Shown piece after piece: positions 8,839 through 16,759 of a stretch of DNA of 64,000 nucleotides (its first letter is position 1; each line of letters begins with the position of its first letter). Position numbers and translations under genes: made by a program. The notes beneath the pieces were generated by a model. That model had not been told where the DNA came from and did not search any database. It saw nothing but the letters and a program-made list of their open reading frames with translations. Origin of the DNA: Parcubacteria bacterium GBS-2 (lineage in GTDB: Bacteria; Patescibacteriota; Minisyncoccia; Minisyncoccales; GBS-2); NCBI GenBank assembly GCA_001443025.1, contig LEKP01000001.1, positions 161,889 through 225,888 of the forward strand, read 5' to 3'.

Positions 8839-9903
8839 ATGCTTGATTTTCTTTTAGTTTTTCTTTCTTTAATTTTCTTGATAATATTGCACGAATTTGC
8901 CCATTTTTTAGCAGCGAAAAAATCTGGAGTGTTGGTTGAAGAATTTGGAATTGGCTATCCACCTCGAATCTTCGGAAAGAAAATTGGAAGCACACTATAC
9001 TCAATCAACCTTTTACCTTTTGGCGCATTTGTAAAATTAGAAGGAGAAATAGGAAATAAAGGTTTTTCTGCCCAACCTCTTTCAAGAAGGATAATCATTG
9101 TTTTAGCAGGAGTAATTTCTTTTTGGGTAATTTCATGTCTTATTTTTATCTTTCTTTTCAAGTTTGGAATACCAGTTGCCATTCCTGATGAAGAAATTTC
9201 TAAAACTGCAAAAATTCAAATCATTGAAATAGCAAAAAACTCTCCAGCTCAGACTGCTGGTTTGATGGCCGGAGATGTAATCAAAGAAGTAAAGATTCAA
9301 AACTTAAAATTTGAGATTAAAAAAGTAAGTGAATTTCAAGAACTAGTTCAAAAATACAAAGGAGAAAAAATGATTTTAACAATAGAAAGAGGAAAAGAAA
9401 ATCTTGAGCTAGAGGTGGTTCCAAGGACTAATCCTCCAAAAGGAGAAGGGCCGATTGGAATAGTATTGGTAAGGGTTGATATTAAAAAATATCCTTTTTT
9501 TGAATCAATTTTTGAAGGAGTAAAAATGACCATTAATTTGACCTTCCAGATCATCAAAGGATATTTTTTAGTCGTTAAAAATATACTTGAAGGTGTTTCT
9601 CCTCAAGTAGAGTTAGCTGGACCAGTAGGTATTTTCAATATAATGTATCAAACGTCGAAAGTAGGAGTAATTTATTTTTTTAATCTTTTGGCAACTATTT
9701 CTATTTATTTGGCAATTTTCAACCTTCTTCCAATTCCGGGATTGGACGGCGGAAAACTCGTTTTTTTATTAATTGAAGGAATAAGAAAGAAAGCCATTTC
9801 TCAAGAAACTGAAAATAAAATTACCGCTTTCTTTTTTGGACTTTTAATAATTTTGATAATCTTGGTTACAATAAAGGATATTAGCAAAATTTTAAATCAA
9901 TGA
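8839..9903 (+). CDS. rseP: Site-2 (M50) membrane metalloprotease, RseP-like, one PDZ
   Basis: HEFAHFLAAK (HExxH), a PDZ-like NSPAQTAGLMAGDVI segment, and C-terminal NLLPIPGLDGG. Confidence 0.85.
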   Translation: MLDFLLVFLSLIFLIILHEFAHFLAAKKSGVLVEEFGIGYPPRIFGKKIGSTLYSINLLPFGAFVKLEGEIGNKGFSAQPLSRRIIIVLAGVISFWVISCLIFIFLFKFGIPVAIPDEEISKTAKIQIIEIAKNSPAQTAGLMAGDVIKEVKIQNLKFEIKKVSEFQELVQKYKGEKMILTIERGKENLELEVVPRTNPPKGEGPIGIVLVRVDIKKYPFFESIFEGVKMTINLTFQIIKGYFLVVKNILEGVSPQVELAGPVGIFNIMYQTSKVGVIYFFNLLATISIYLAIFNLLPIPGLDGGKLVFLLIEGIRKKAISQETENKITAFFFGLLIILIILVTIKDISKILNQ

Positions 9904-11150
9904 GGCAATCCTTACTTTTTTCACGGACTCAAAGGAAATTTCCACAAAACGAGACTTTTATTAATACAAAACTTTTAATCAGAGCTGGTTTCATAGATAA
10001 ACTTTCTGCGGGAGTTTTTAATTTTTTACCTTTAGGTTTCCGGGTCTTAAAAAAAATTGAAAAAATTATTAGAGAAGAAATGGAAAAAATTGGAGGACAG
10101 GAAATTTTAATGCCTGCTTTGCATCCAAAAGAGAATTGGCAGACAACCGGCAGGTGGGATGAAGTAAAAGAACTCTTTAAATTAAAAGCTGGAAAGAAAG
10201 AATTTGTTCTAGGGCCCACCCATGAAGAGATCATTACTCCTTTAGCCAAAAAAATTATTAAAAGTTATAAAGACTTACCCTTGTACATTTTCCAAATCCA
10301 AGAAAAATTTAGGAATGAAAAGAGAGCAAAATCAGGTCTTTTAAGGCAAAGAGAATTTTTAATGAAAGACCTGTACTCTTTTCACACAAGTAAGGAAGAT
10401 TTAGATTCTTTTTATGAAAAAGTGAAGGAGGCATATTTCAAAATTTTTGAAAGGGTTGAAATTCGAGAAAAAACTTATTTAACCTTTGCCTCGGGAGGTA
10501 CTTTTTCAAAATTTTCTCACGAGTTCCAAACTGAATGTTCGGCGGGGGAAGATACAATTTTTGTTTGCAAAAATTGTAAGCAAGCAATAAATAAAGAAAT
10601 AAAAAACAAAATAAGAAATTGTCCAAATTGCAACGGAGGTTCTTTCGAACAAAAAAAGGCGATTGAGGTGGGGAACATTTTCAAGCTTGGCGAAAAATTT
10701 TCAAAACCTTTCAAACTTACTTTTTTAGATAAAGATGGTAAGGAAAAATTTGTTCAGATGGGATGTTATGGGATTGGGTTAGGAAGATTAATGGCGACAG
10801 TTGTTGAGATTTTTCACGATCAAAAAGGAATAATTTGGCCGAAAGAAATTTCTCCCTTCCAGGTTCATTTAATTCCTCTAGGAAAAGAAAAGAGAATTAA
10901 AGAGACAGCAGAAAGGATTTATAATGAATTAATAAAGGAAAAAATTGAAGTCTTGTATGATGACAGAGAAAAAACGCCGGGCGAAAAATTCGTTGATTGC
11001 GATTTAATTGGAATTTCTCTACGAATGGTTTTATCTGAAAAGACTTTAGATAAAAAAAGCGTTGAATTTAAAGAAAGGAAGACAGGAAATTTGAAGTTAG
11101 TTAAAATTCCAAAGGCGATAGATTTTATAAAAAATTTCTATGCTCAATAA
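9900..11150 (+). CDS. proS: Prolyl-tRNA synthetase (short form without large INS editing domain)
   Basis: RAGFIDKLSAGVFNFLPLG plus class II motifs (FRNEKRAKSGLLRQREFLMKD, GCYGIGLGRL). 416 aa. Confidence 0.9.
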   Translation: MRQSLLFSRTQRKFPQNETFINTKLLIRAGFIDKLSAGVFNFLPLGFRVLKKIEKIIREEMEKIGGQEILMPALHPKENWQTTGRWDEVKELFKLKAGKKEFVLGPTHEEIITPLAKKIIKSYKDLPLYIFQIQEKFRNEKRAKSGLLRQREFLMKDLYSFHTSKEDLDSFYEKVKEAYFKIFERVEIREKTYLTFASGGTFSKFSHEFQTECSAGEDTIFVCKNCKQAINKEIKNKIRNCPNCNGGSFEQKKAIEVGNIFKLGEKFSKPFKLTFLDKDGKEKFVQMGCYGIGLGRLMATVVEIFHDQKGIIWPKEISPFQVHLIPLGKEKRIKETAERIYNELIKEKIEVLYDDREKTPGEKFVDCDLIGISLRMVLSEKTLDKKSVEFKERKTGNLKLVKIPKAIDFIKNFYAQ

Positions 11151-12183
11151 GATTTTAAATTTTCTTTCAGAAGACATTGCCATAGATTTAGGCACAGCAA
11201 ACACTGAAGTTTATGTTAGAGGGAGAGGGATTGTCATTCAAGAACCGTCAGTTGTGGCTATTAATCAAAAGACAGGTCAAATTTTAGCAGTAGGGATTGA
11301 GGCAAAAAAAATGGTGGGAAGAACTCCCTCTCATATTGTGGCAATAAGACCTTTAAAGTCTGGAGTGATTTCAGATTTCGAAACAACAGAACAAATGCTC
11401 AAGTACTTTATTGAAAAGGCAAGAAAAAGAAAATTTGTAGGTCCGAGAGTAATAGTGGGAATTCCTTGGGGAGTTACTGAAGTTGAAAAAAAAGCTGTTT
11501 TGGATGCATCAAAATCAGCGGGAGCTAGGGAGGTATTTCTAATCGAAGAACCAATGGCGGCAGCGATTGGTGCTAGATTACCTGTTCAAGAGCCAGTGGG
11601 AAACTTTATCGTTGATATTGGCGGAGGAACTGCTGAAGTTGCTGTGATTTCTTTGGGGGGTGTGGTTCTAGGGAAAAGTTTAAGAATTGCTGGAGATAAA
11701 CTCAACGAGGATATTATTCGATATATTCAAGATGAATATAACTTACTGATTGGCGAGAGAATGGCAGAAACAGTTAAAATTGCAATAGGGTCTGCCTATC
11801 CTTTAAAGGAAAAAAAAGAATTTCCAGTTAGGGGAAGAAATTTGGTTACTGGACTTCCAGAAGAAATTATAGTTTCCGATGAAGAAATAAGAAAAGCAAT
11901 AGAAAAATCAGTTAGACAAATTGTGAACGAAATAAAAGCAACGCTAGATGAAACTCCACCTGAATTAGTTGCAGATATTATGGTTAACGGAATTTATCTT
12001 TCTGGAGGAGGAGCTTTACTCAAAGGGTTAGATATTTTGATCCAAAAAGAAACCAAAATCCCTACAAAAGTAGTAGACGATCCAATGACCGCAGTAGTAA
12101 GAGGGGCGGGAATTGTTTTGGAAAACTTGGATGAATTAGAAGAAGTTTTAGTTGAAACCAAAGAACTGAAACCGCCCAAATAA
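11140..12183 (+). CDS. mreB: MreB paralogue 2
   Basis: IAIDLGTANT, IVDIGGGTAEVAVISLGG and LSGGGALLKGL. About half the residues look identical to paralogue 1 by eye. Confidence 0.9.
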   Translation: MLNKILNFLSEDIAIDLGTANTEVYVRGRGIVIQEPSVVAINQKTGQILAVGIEAKKMVGRTPSHIVAIRPLKSGVISDFETTEQMLKYFIEKARKRKFVGPRVIVGIPWGVTEVEKKAVLDASKSAGAREVFLIEEPMAAAIGARLPVQEPVGNFIVDIGGGTAEVAVISLGGVVLGKSLRIAGDKLNEDIIRYIQDEYNLLIGERMAETVKIAIGSAYPLKEKKEFPVRGRNLVTGLPEEIIVSDEEIRKAIEKSVRQIVNEIKATLDETPPELVADIMVNGIYLSGGGALLKGLDILIQKETKIPTKVVDDPMTAVVRGAGIVLENLDELEEVLVETKELKPPK

Positions 12184-12184
12184 A

Positions 12185-12472
12185 ATGATTTCAAAAGAGA
12201 AAGTAAAATATATTGCAAAATTGGCTAGACTTGCTTTATCAGAAAAAGAAATTGAGAGGTATCAAAATGATCTCTCTAAAATTTTAGAGTATTTCGAAAA
12301 ACTAAAAGAAGTTGACGTTTCGAGAGTAAAACCTACTTTTCATCCTTTAAAAATTAAAAATGTTTTTCGAGAAGATGTCGAAACAAAAAAAGATATCGAA
12401 AAAATAAAAAAACTGATTGAGTTAATGCCAGAAAAAAAAGACGGATATTTAAAAGTGAAAAAGGTATTATGA
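12185..12472 (+). CDS. gatC: Asp/Glu-tRNA amidotransferase subunit C
   Basis: 95 aa. KVKYIAKLARLALSEKEIERYQNDLSKILEYFEKL is typical GatC. It directly precedes gatA. Confidence 0.85.
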   Translation: MISKEKVKYIAKLARLALSEKEIERYQNDLSKILEYFEKLKEVDVSRVKPTFHPLKIKNVFREDVETKKDIEKIKKLIELMPEKKDGYLKVKKVL

Positions 12473-13914
12473 AATTAGAAGATTTTACAATTGAAAAGAT
12501 TAAGGAGGGATTATTAAAAAAAGAATTTTCCGCTACAGAGTTGACTAAAGCGTATTTAGAAAAAATAGAAAAAGAAGACAAAAAAATTCGCGCTTTTTTA
12601 ACTCTCTCTCCTGAAATAGCGCTCAAACAAGCAAAAGAAATAGATGAAAGAATTTTCTTGAAGAAAGAACTTCCTTCATTAGCTGGAGTTCCTTGCGCAA
12701 TAAAGGATAACATTTTAGTAGAAGGAATAAAATGTACTGCAGGATCAAAAATTTTAGAAAATTATATCGCACCCTACGATGCAACGGTCATTCGAAAATT
12801 AAAAGAGGCAGGAGTAGTGATTTTGGGGAAGACTAATTTAGATGAATTTGCGATGGGAAGTTCCAACGAAAATTCTGCGTTTTTTACCACCAAAAATCCC
12901 TTAGACTTAGAAAAAGTTCCTGGAGGATCTTCAGGAGGATCTGCTGCTGCAGTAGCGGCGAATTTTTGTGTGTTTGCTTTAGGTTCTGATACTGGAGGTT
13001 CAATTAGGCAACCCGCTTCTTTTTGTGGAATTGTTGGTTTAAAACCAACCTACGGCGCTGTTTCTAGATATGGCCTAATCGCATTTGCTTCTTCTTTAGA
13101 TCAAATAGGACCGATGACAAAGAATGTGCGCGATTGTAAAGCTGTTTTTGAAGTAATTAGGGGGAAAGATGAAATGGATTCAACAAGTCTTGAAATGAAA
13201 GAAGTGAATAATTTGCGTATTCGATCTCTCGAGGAAATAAAAATTGGACTTCCAAAAGAATATTTTTTGGAAGGAATGGATCCCGAGGTTGAAGAAAAAA
13301 TTAAAAAAGCAATAAAAAAATACGAAGAGATGGGAGCTAAAATTTTAGAAATTTCTTTGCCCCACACTCCTTATGCTCTAGCCTGTTATTACATTATTGC
13401 TACTTCCGAAGCTAGCGCAAATTTGGCAAGATATGATGGGATAAAGTATGGATTTTCGATAATAAAAAATGAACAACGAACAATTGACAATTTATTGGAA
13501 GTTTATTTTAAAAGTAGAGGGCAAGGTTTTGGGGAGGAGGTTAGAAGAAGAATAATGTTAGGAACATTTTCTCTTTCAATAGGATATTACGATGCTTACT
13601 ACCTAAGAGCAGCAAGAGTTAGGAGTTTAATTATCAAAGATTTTGAAGAAGCCTTTAAGAAAGTTGATTTAATCCTTGCTCCTACCAGTCCAACTTTACC
13701 TTTTAAATTGGGAGAAAAAATTGATGATCCTTTAAAAATGTATCTTTCTGATGTGTTTACAGTTTCAGTGAATTTAGCAGGATTGCCAGCTATTTCAATC
13801 CCAGTTGGAAAAGTAGGTAATTTGTCAGTGGGTCTTCAAATTATAGGAAAACCGTTCGAAGAAGAAAAAATTTTTGATCTGGCAACCTTCTATGAGCTTT
13901 CAACAAGTAATTAA
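12469..13914 (+). CDS. gatA: Asp/Glu-tRNA amidotransferase subunit A
   Basis: Amidase signature GGSSGGSAAAVAA...GSDTGGSIRQPASFCG. Confidence 0.92.
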   Translation: MKLEDFTIEKIKEGLLKKEFSATELTKAYLEKIEKEDKKIRAFLTLSPEIALKQAKEIDERIFLKKELPSLAGVPCAIKDNILVEGIKCTAGSKILENYIAPYDATVIRKLKEAGVVILGKTNLDEFAMGSSNENSAFFTTKNPLDLEKVPGGSSGGSAAAVAANFCVFALGSDTGGSIRQPASFCGIVGLKPTYGAVSRYGLIAFASSLDQIGPMTKNVRDCKAVFEVIRGKDEMDSTSLEMKEVNNLRIRSLEEIKIGLPKEYFLEGMDPEVEEKIKKAIKKYEEMGAKILEISLPHTPYALACYYIIATSEASANLARYDGIKYGFSIIKNEQRTIDNLLEVYFKSRGQGFGEEVRRRIMLGTFSLSIGYYDAYYLRAARVRSLIIKDFEEAFKKVDLILAPTSPTLPFKLGEKIDDPLKMYLSDVFTVSVNLAGLPAISIPVGKVGNLSVGLQIIGKPFEEEKIFDLATFYELSTSN

Positions 13915-14419
13915 TGAAATTATTTCCTTTTTACTTTATCCAGAATTTAGCGGTTGGCTTTTAATTTTAAAATACATCTTTTTAGCCTTCGGTTTTTTAT
14001 TCCTTGGTTTTAGTCTTTGGGGAATTTTTAAAACGTCATGGTTAAAAAGAGCAATTTTAATAGATCTTAAAGAGTTTCTGACATATAAACCCTACTATGC
14101 AAAAACTTTTGTTCCACAATGGAAAAAAATTTTGAAAAGATTAGAAACTGATATTGAATCAAATTTTAAGTTAGCAGTAATTGAGGCGGACGAACTTTTA
14201 AATAAAGCCTTAGAAAAGACTGGCTACGGAGGAATGGATTTAGCAGAAAAATTAGAAAAAATTCCAGAAGATGTCATTTCGAACCTAGGTGAATTAAAAA
14301 AAGTTAGAAGAATAAGAGATGATATAATTGCTGACCCTTCTTATCAGCTCACTAAAGAAGAGGCACAGAGAATAATTAAAGCTTATGAAAAGGCATTAAG
14401 AGATTTACAAGTACTTTAA
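13892..14419 (+). CDS. Hypothetical membrane protein
   Basis: The ORF has two predicted TM helices and a helical C-terminal domain. No family was recognised. The ATG at 13892 is preferred over the TTG at 13874. Confidence 0.4.
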   Translation: MSFQQVINEIISFLLYPEFSGWLLILKYIFLAFGFLFLGFSLWGIFKTSWLKRAILIDLKEFLTYKPYYAKTFVPQWKKILKRLETDIESNFKLAVIEADELLNKALEKTGYGGMDLAEKLEKIPEDVISNLGELKKVRRIRDDIIADPSYQLTKEEAQRIIKAYEKALRDLQVL

Positions 14420-14473
14420 AATTTGATAAAATAATAGATCATCTAATGAGTAAATTGCTTGCGTGTTAAATTT

Positions 14474-14545
14474 AGCGGGGTAGAGGAGTAGTACCTCGCC
14501 AGCCTCATAAGCTGGAGATCGCTGGTGCAAGTCCAGCCCCCGCAA
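14474..14545 (+). tRNA. tRNA-Met(CAU), initiator-like
   Basis: Hand-folded cloverleaf. The acceptor AGCGGGG/CCCCGCA-A has a 1:72 mismatch and otherwise matches the E. coli tRNA-fMet acceptor. A11:U24 is present and the anticodon loop is CUCAUAA. The GGG:CCC anticodon-stem signature is absent. Confidence 0.7.
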
Positions 14546-14564
14546 CAATAATAGCGAATTAGCG

Positions 14565-14969
14565 AATTAGTTGATGAGTTTATGAGTGAAGAGTTTTTCT
14601 TTGAAAAGTTAGAGGTCTATTAGAGGAGTTTGAGGTTTGCAATTAAACTTTGTAAATTGGCAAGCAGTTTCCCAATAAAGTTTTCAAGAATAAGAGATCA
14701 ATTGATAGGAGCAGCGATTTCAATTCCCCTAAATATTGCTGAAGGATCGGGCAGAAAATCACAAAAAGAGAAGATAAATTTTTATAAAATAAGTAGGACT
14801 TCTTTATTCGAATGCATTCCGATTCTTGAAATTTGTTTAAGTCTAAAATTAATAGACGGGAAGGAATATGAAGAATTAAGAAAAGAAGATTTAGAACTTT
14901 CAAAAATGATTAACGGCTTAATAAAATCCCTTTAATCTACTCATCAACTAATTCACTCATCAACTAATT
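14565..14969. repeat. Inverted repeats bounding the four-helix-bundle gene cassette
   Basis: AATTAGTTGATGAGT at 14565-14579 has two perfect inverted copies, ACTCATCAACTAATT at 14939-14953 and 14955-14969. Confidence 0.8.
14582..14935 (+). pseudogene. Four-helix-bundle protein ('23S rRNA intervening-sequence protein' family) with in-frame TAG
   Basis: ATG at 14582 gives MSEEFFFEKLEVY, then TAG (14621-14623), then in frame RSLRFAIKLCKLASSFP...IPLNIAEGSGRKSQKEKINFYKISRTSLFE. This is the family pattern FEKLEVYQ...NIAEG.GR. Confidence 0.75.
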
Positions 14970-14979
14970 ACTAAATAAC

Positions 14980-15051
14980 GTCGGGGTAGCTCAATGGCTA
15001 GAGCGCTGCTCTCATAAGGCAGAGATGTGGGTTCAATCCCCACCCCCGACA
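14980..15051 (+). tRNA. tRNA with CAU anticodon, elongator type (Met or lysidine-modified Ile2)
   Basis: Cloverleaf with acceptor GTCGGGG/CCCCGAC, D arm GCTC-AATGGCTA-GAGC, anticodon loop CTCATAA and T arm GTGGG-TTCAATC-CCCAC. C11:G24 is elongator-like. Confidence 0.75.
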
Positions 15052-15056
15052 TAAAA

Positions 15057-15176
15057 TAGTAGATTAGTAAATGAGTACGGCGCTTCGCGCCTTTAGTAGA
15101 TGAGTTAAAAAATTCTCATTATCTTCTTATTAACTCATTAACTCATCTACTCATCAACTCATTTACTAATTTACTA
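15057..15176 (+). repeat. About 120-nt branched hairpin element (copy C) filling the tRNA spacer
   Basis: The outer arm 15057-15076 pairs with 15157-15176 at 18 of 20 positions. There is a side hairpin GGCGC-TTC-GCGCC (15079-15091). The inner arm AGTAGATGAGTTA pairs with TAACTCATCTACT. The core 15063-15105 recurs inverted at 19683-19725. Confidence 0.75.
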
Positions 15177-15181
15177 ATTAT

Positions 15182-15257
15182 GGGGGCGTAGTTCAGCCCG
15201 GTCTAGAACACCCGCCTGTCACGCGGGAGCCCGTGGGTTCAAATCCCATCGCCCCCG
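15182..15257 (+). tRNA. tRNA-Asp(GUC)
   Basis: Cloverleaf with acceptor GGGGGCG/CGCCCCC, anticodon loop CTGTCAC, T arm GTGGG-TTCAAAT-CCCAT and discriminator G. Confidence 0.9.
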
Positions 15258-15275
15258 CTGCCAAAATTTTGGCAG
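15258..15275 (+). other. Perfect 18-nt palindrome CTGCCAAAATTTTGGCAG immediately 3' of tRNA-Asp
   Basis: Seen directly. Candidate processing or termination hairpin. Confidence 0.5.
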
Positions 15276-15343
15276 CCAGATTCTCTCGATAAAGCAATGA
15301 GAGAATTCTGGTAAAGGTCGTAAATCTTGAAAGATAGAAAATC

Positions 15344-15607
15344 ATGGTAGAAAAAAAGCCAGACCAAGAATTCTTAGAAGCCATTGTCAAATTTCTCTGC
15401 GATCACCCTGAAGCAGCAAAAATAACAAGGACGGTAGACGAGATGGGAGTCTTGCTTTCTCTGAAAGTTCATCCTGACGATATGGGTCAAATCATCGGAA
15501 AGCAAGGACAGACTGTGAAAGCAATCAGACATTTAGTAAGGATTGTTGGATTAAAAAACCATGCCAGGGTGACGCTGAGAATAGAAGAACCAGAGAAAAA
15601 AACCTAA
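15344..15607 (+). CDS. KH-domain RNA-binding protein (YlqC/UPF0109-like), copy 1
   Basis: 87 aa with VDEMGVLLSLKVHPDDMGQIIGKQGQTVKAIRHLV (GxxG KH motif). Confidence 0.8.
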   Translation: MVEKKPDQEFLEAIVKFLCDHPEAAKITRTVDEMGVLLSLKVHPDDMGQIIGKQGQTVKAIRHLVRIVGLKNHARVTLRIEEPEKKT

Positions 15608-15629
15608 AAAAATCGAGAGAATCTGACTT

Positions 15630-15658
15630 AAAGAGGGGCTAATTTAGCCCCTCTTTTT
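15630..15658 (+). terminator. Intrinsic terminator after KH copy 1
   Basis: AAAGAGGGGC-TAATTTA-GCCCCTCTTT followed by a T run. Confidence 0.75.
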
Positions 15659-15756
15659 CTTGACAATAATTTAAAAAATGGAGAAAATATAATTGTTTTA
15701 AGCTCCGATTGATCGAAGATCTGGAGCGAAAGGTCAAAATAGAAATTCAGAAAAAT

Positions 15757-16023
15757 ATGGCAAAATTACCCGCAGATCAAGAATTCCTTGAATACGTTGT
15801 GAAGTCTCTTGTCGATCACAAAGAGGATGTAAAAGTTACGAGAAAAGTTGACGAAATGGGAGTTTTGCTTTCTCTGAAAGTTCATCCAGATGACATGGGG
15901 CAGATAATAGGTAAAGGCGGAGCGACAGTCAGGGCAATAAGATCTTTGGTAAGGTTGGTTGGGGCCAAAAATCATGCAAGAGTGAATTTAAAGATTGAAG
16001 AGCCAGAAAAGAAAGAAAGCTAA
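15757..16023 (+). CDS. KH-domain RNA-binding protein, copy 2 (tandem paralogue)
   Basis: MAKLPADQEFLEYVV...VDEMGVLLSLKVHPDDMGQIIGKGGATVRAIRSLV. The ATG at 15757 gives 88 aa, parallel to copy 1. The track start at 15709 is a TTG. Confidence 0.8.
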   Translation: MAKLPADQEFLEYVVKSLVDHKEDVKVTRKVDEMGVLLSLKVHPDDMGQIIGKGGATVRAIRSLVRLVGAKNHARVNLKIEEPEKKES

Positions 16024-16044
16024 AGATAATTTACAATTTGCCAA

Positions 16045-16076
16045 AGCGGTGCTATATTAAAAAATGGCACCGTTTT
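16045..16076 (+). terminator. Possible terminator after KH copy 2
   Basis: CGGTGC/GCACCG stem with a 14-nt loop, followed by TTTTGGTTTT. Confidence 0.35.
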
Positions 16077-16087
16077 GGTTTTAGAGC

Positions 16088-16759
16088 ATGATTACGTTTC
16101 ACATCATTACAATCTTTCCAAAAATTTTTGATTCTTTTTTGCAAGAGTCTTTTATTAGAAAGGCTCAAAAAAAGAAATTGATTAAGGTGAAAATTTATGA
16201 TCTAAGACAATTTGCTGAAGACAAGAGAAAAAGCGTAGATGACAGACCTTATGGTGGAGGGTTGGGAATGGTATTAAAAGTAGAACCGATTTATAAAGCG
16301 GTAAAATTTATAAAATCAAAAACCAAAAAACAAAAATCAAAAATTGTCCTATTTACTCCTCGAGGAAAACAGTTTACTCAAAAGATGGCTTATTCTTTCT
16401 CAAAGTTAAAACATTTAATATTAATTTGTGGAAGATACGAAGGAGTGGACGAGAGGGTTGCAAAATTTATTGCTGATCTTAAAATTTCAATTGGCCCCTA
16501 TGATTTAATGGGAGGAGAATTGCCTGCTATGATAGTAATTGAAGCAGTAACTAGATTAATTCCGGGAGTAATAGGGAAACCCCAGTTTTTAAAAGAGAGG
16601 ATTGTAAAAGGAGGATTCGTTGAGTACCCTCAATATACCAGACCAGAAGTTTTTTCTCCCGAAAAAGGAATTTATTGGAAGGTTCCAAAAGTTCTTTTAT
16701 CTGGAAATCACAAAAAAATTAGAGAGTGGAGGGAAAGAAGAAAAAAAATTATTGAATGA
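16088..16759 (+). CDS. trmD: tRNA (guanine37-N1)-methyltransferase
   Basis: ITIFPKIF...DDRPYGGGLGMVLKVEP...ICGRYEGVDERV...GPYDLMGGELPAM...LLSGNHKKIREWR. Confidence 0.92.
   Translation: MITFHIITIFPKIFDSFLQESFIRKAQKKKLIKVKIYDLRQFAEDKRKSVDDRPYGGGLGMVLKVEPIYKAVKFIKSKTKKQKSKIVLFTPRGKQFTQKMAYSFSKLKHLILICGRYEGVDERVAKFIADLKISIGPYDLMGGELPAMIVIEAVTRLIPGVIGKPQFLKERIVKGGFVEYPQYTRPEVFSPEKGIYWKVPKVLLSGNHKKIREWRERRKKIIE

Noticed and set aside
10540-10650. Cys4 (CKNC...CPNC) insertion in ProRS as a novel zinc module.
   Set aside because: Short ProRS forms lacking the INS editing domain commonly carry a small Cys-containing insertion at this position. Nothing here looks beyond family variation.
15193-15390. 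Minus-strand 65-aa ORF.
   Set aside because: It overlaps tRNA-Asp and the start of the KH gene, so it is an artefact of the tRNA sequence.
15660-15693. Promoter for KH gene copy 2: TTGACA (15660-15665) with TATAAT (15688-15693).
   Set aside because: The spacer would be 22 nt. At the canonical 17-nt spacing the hexamer is only GAAAAT. This is too ambiguous to annotate.
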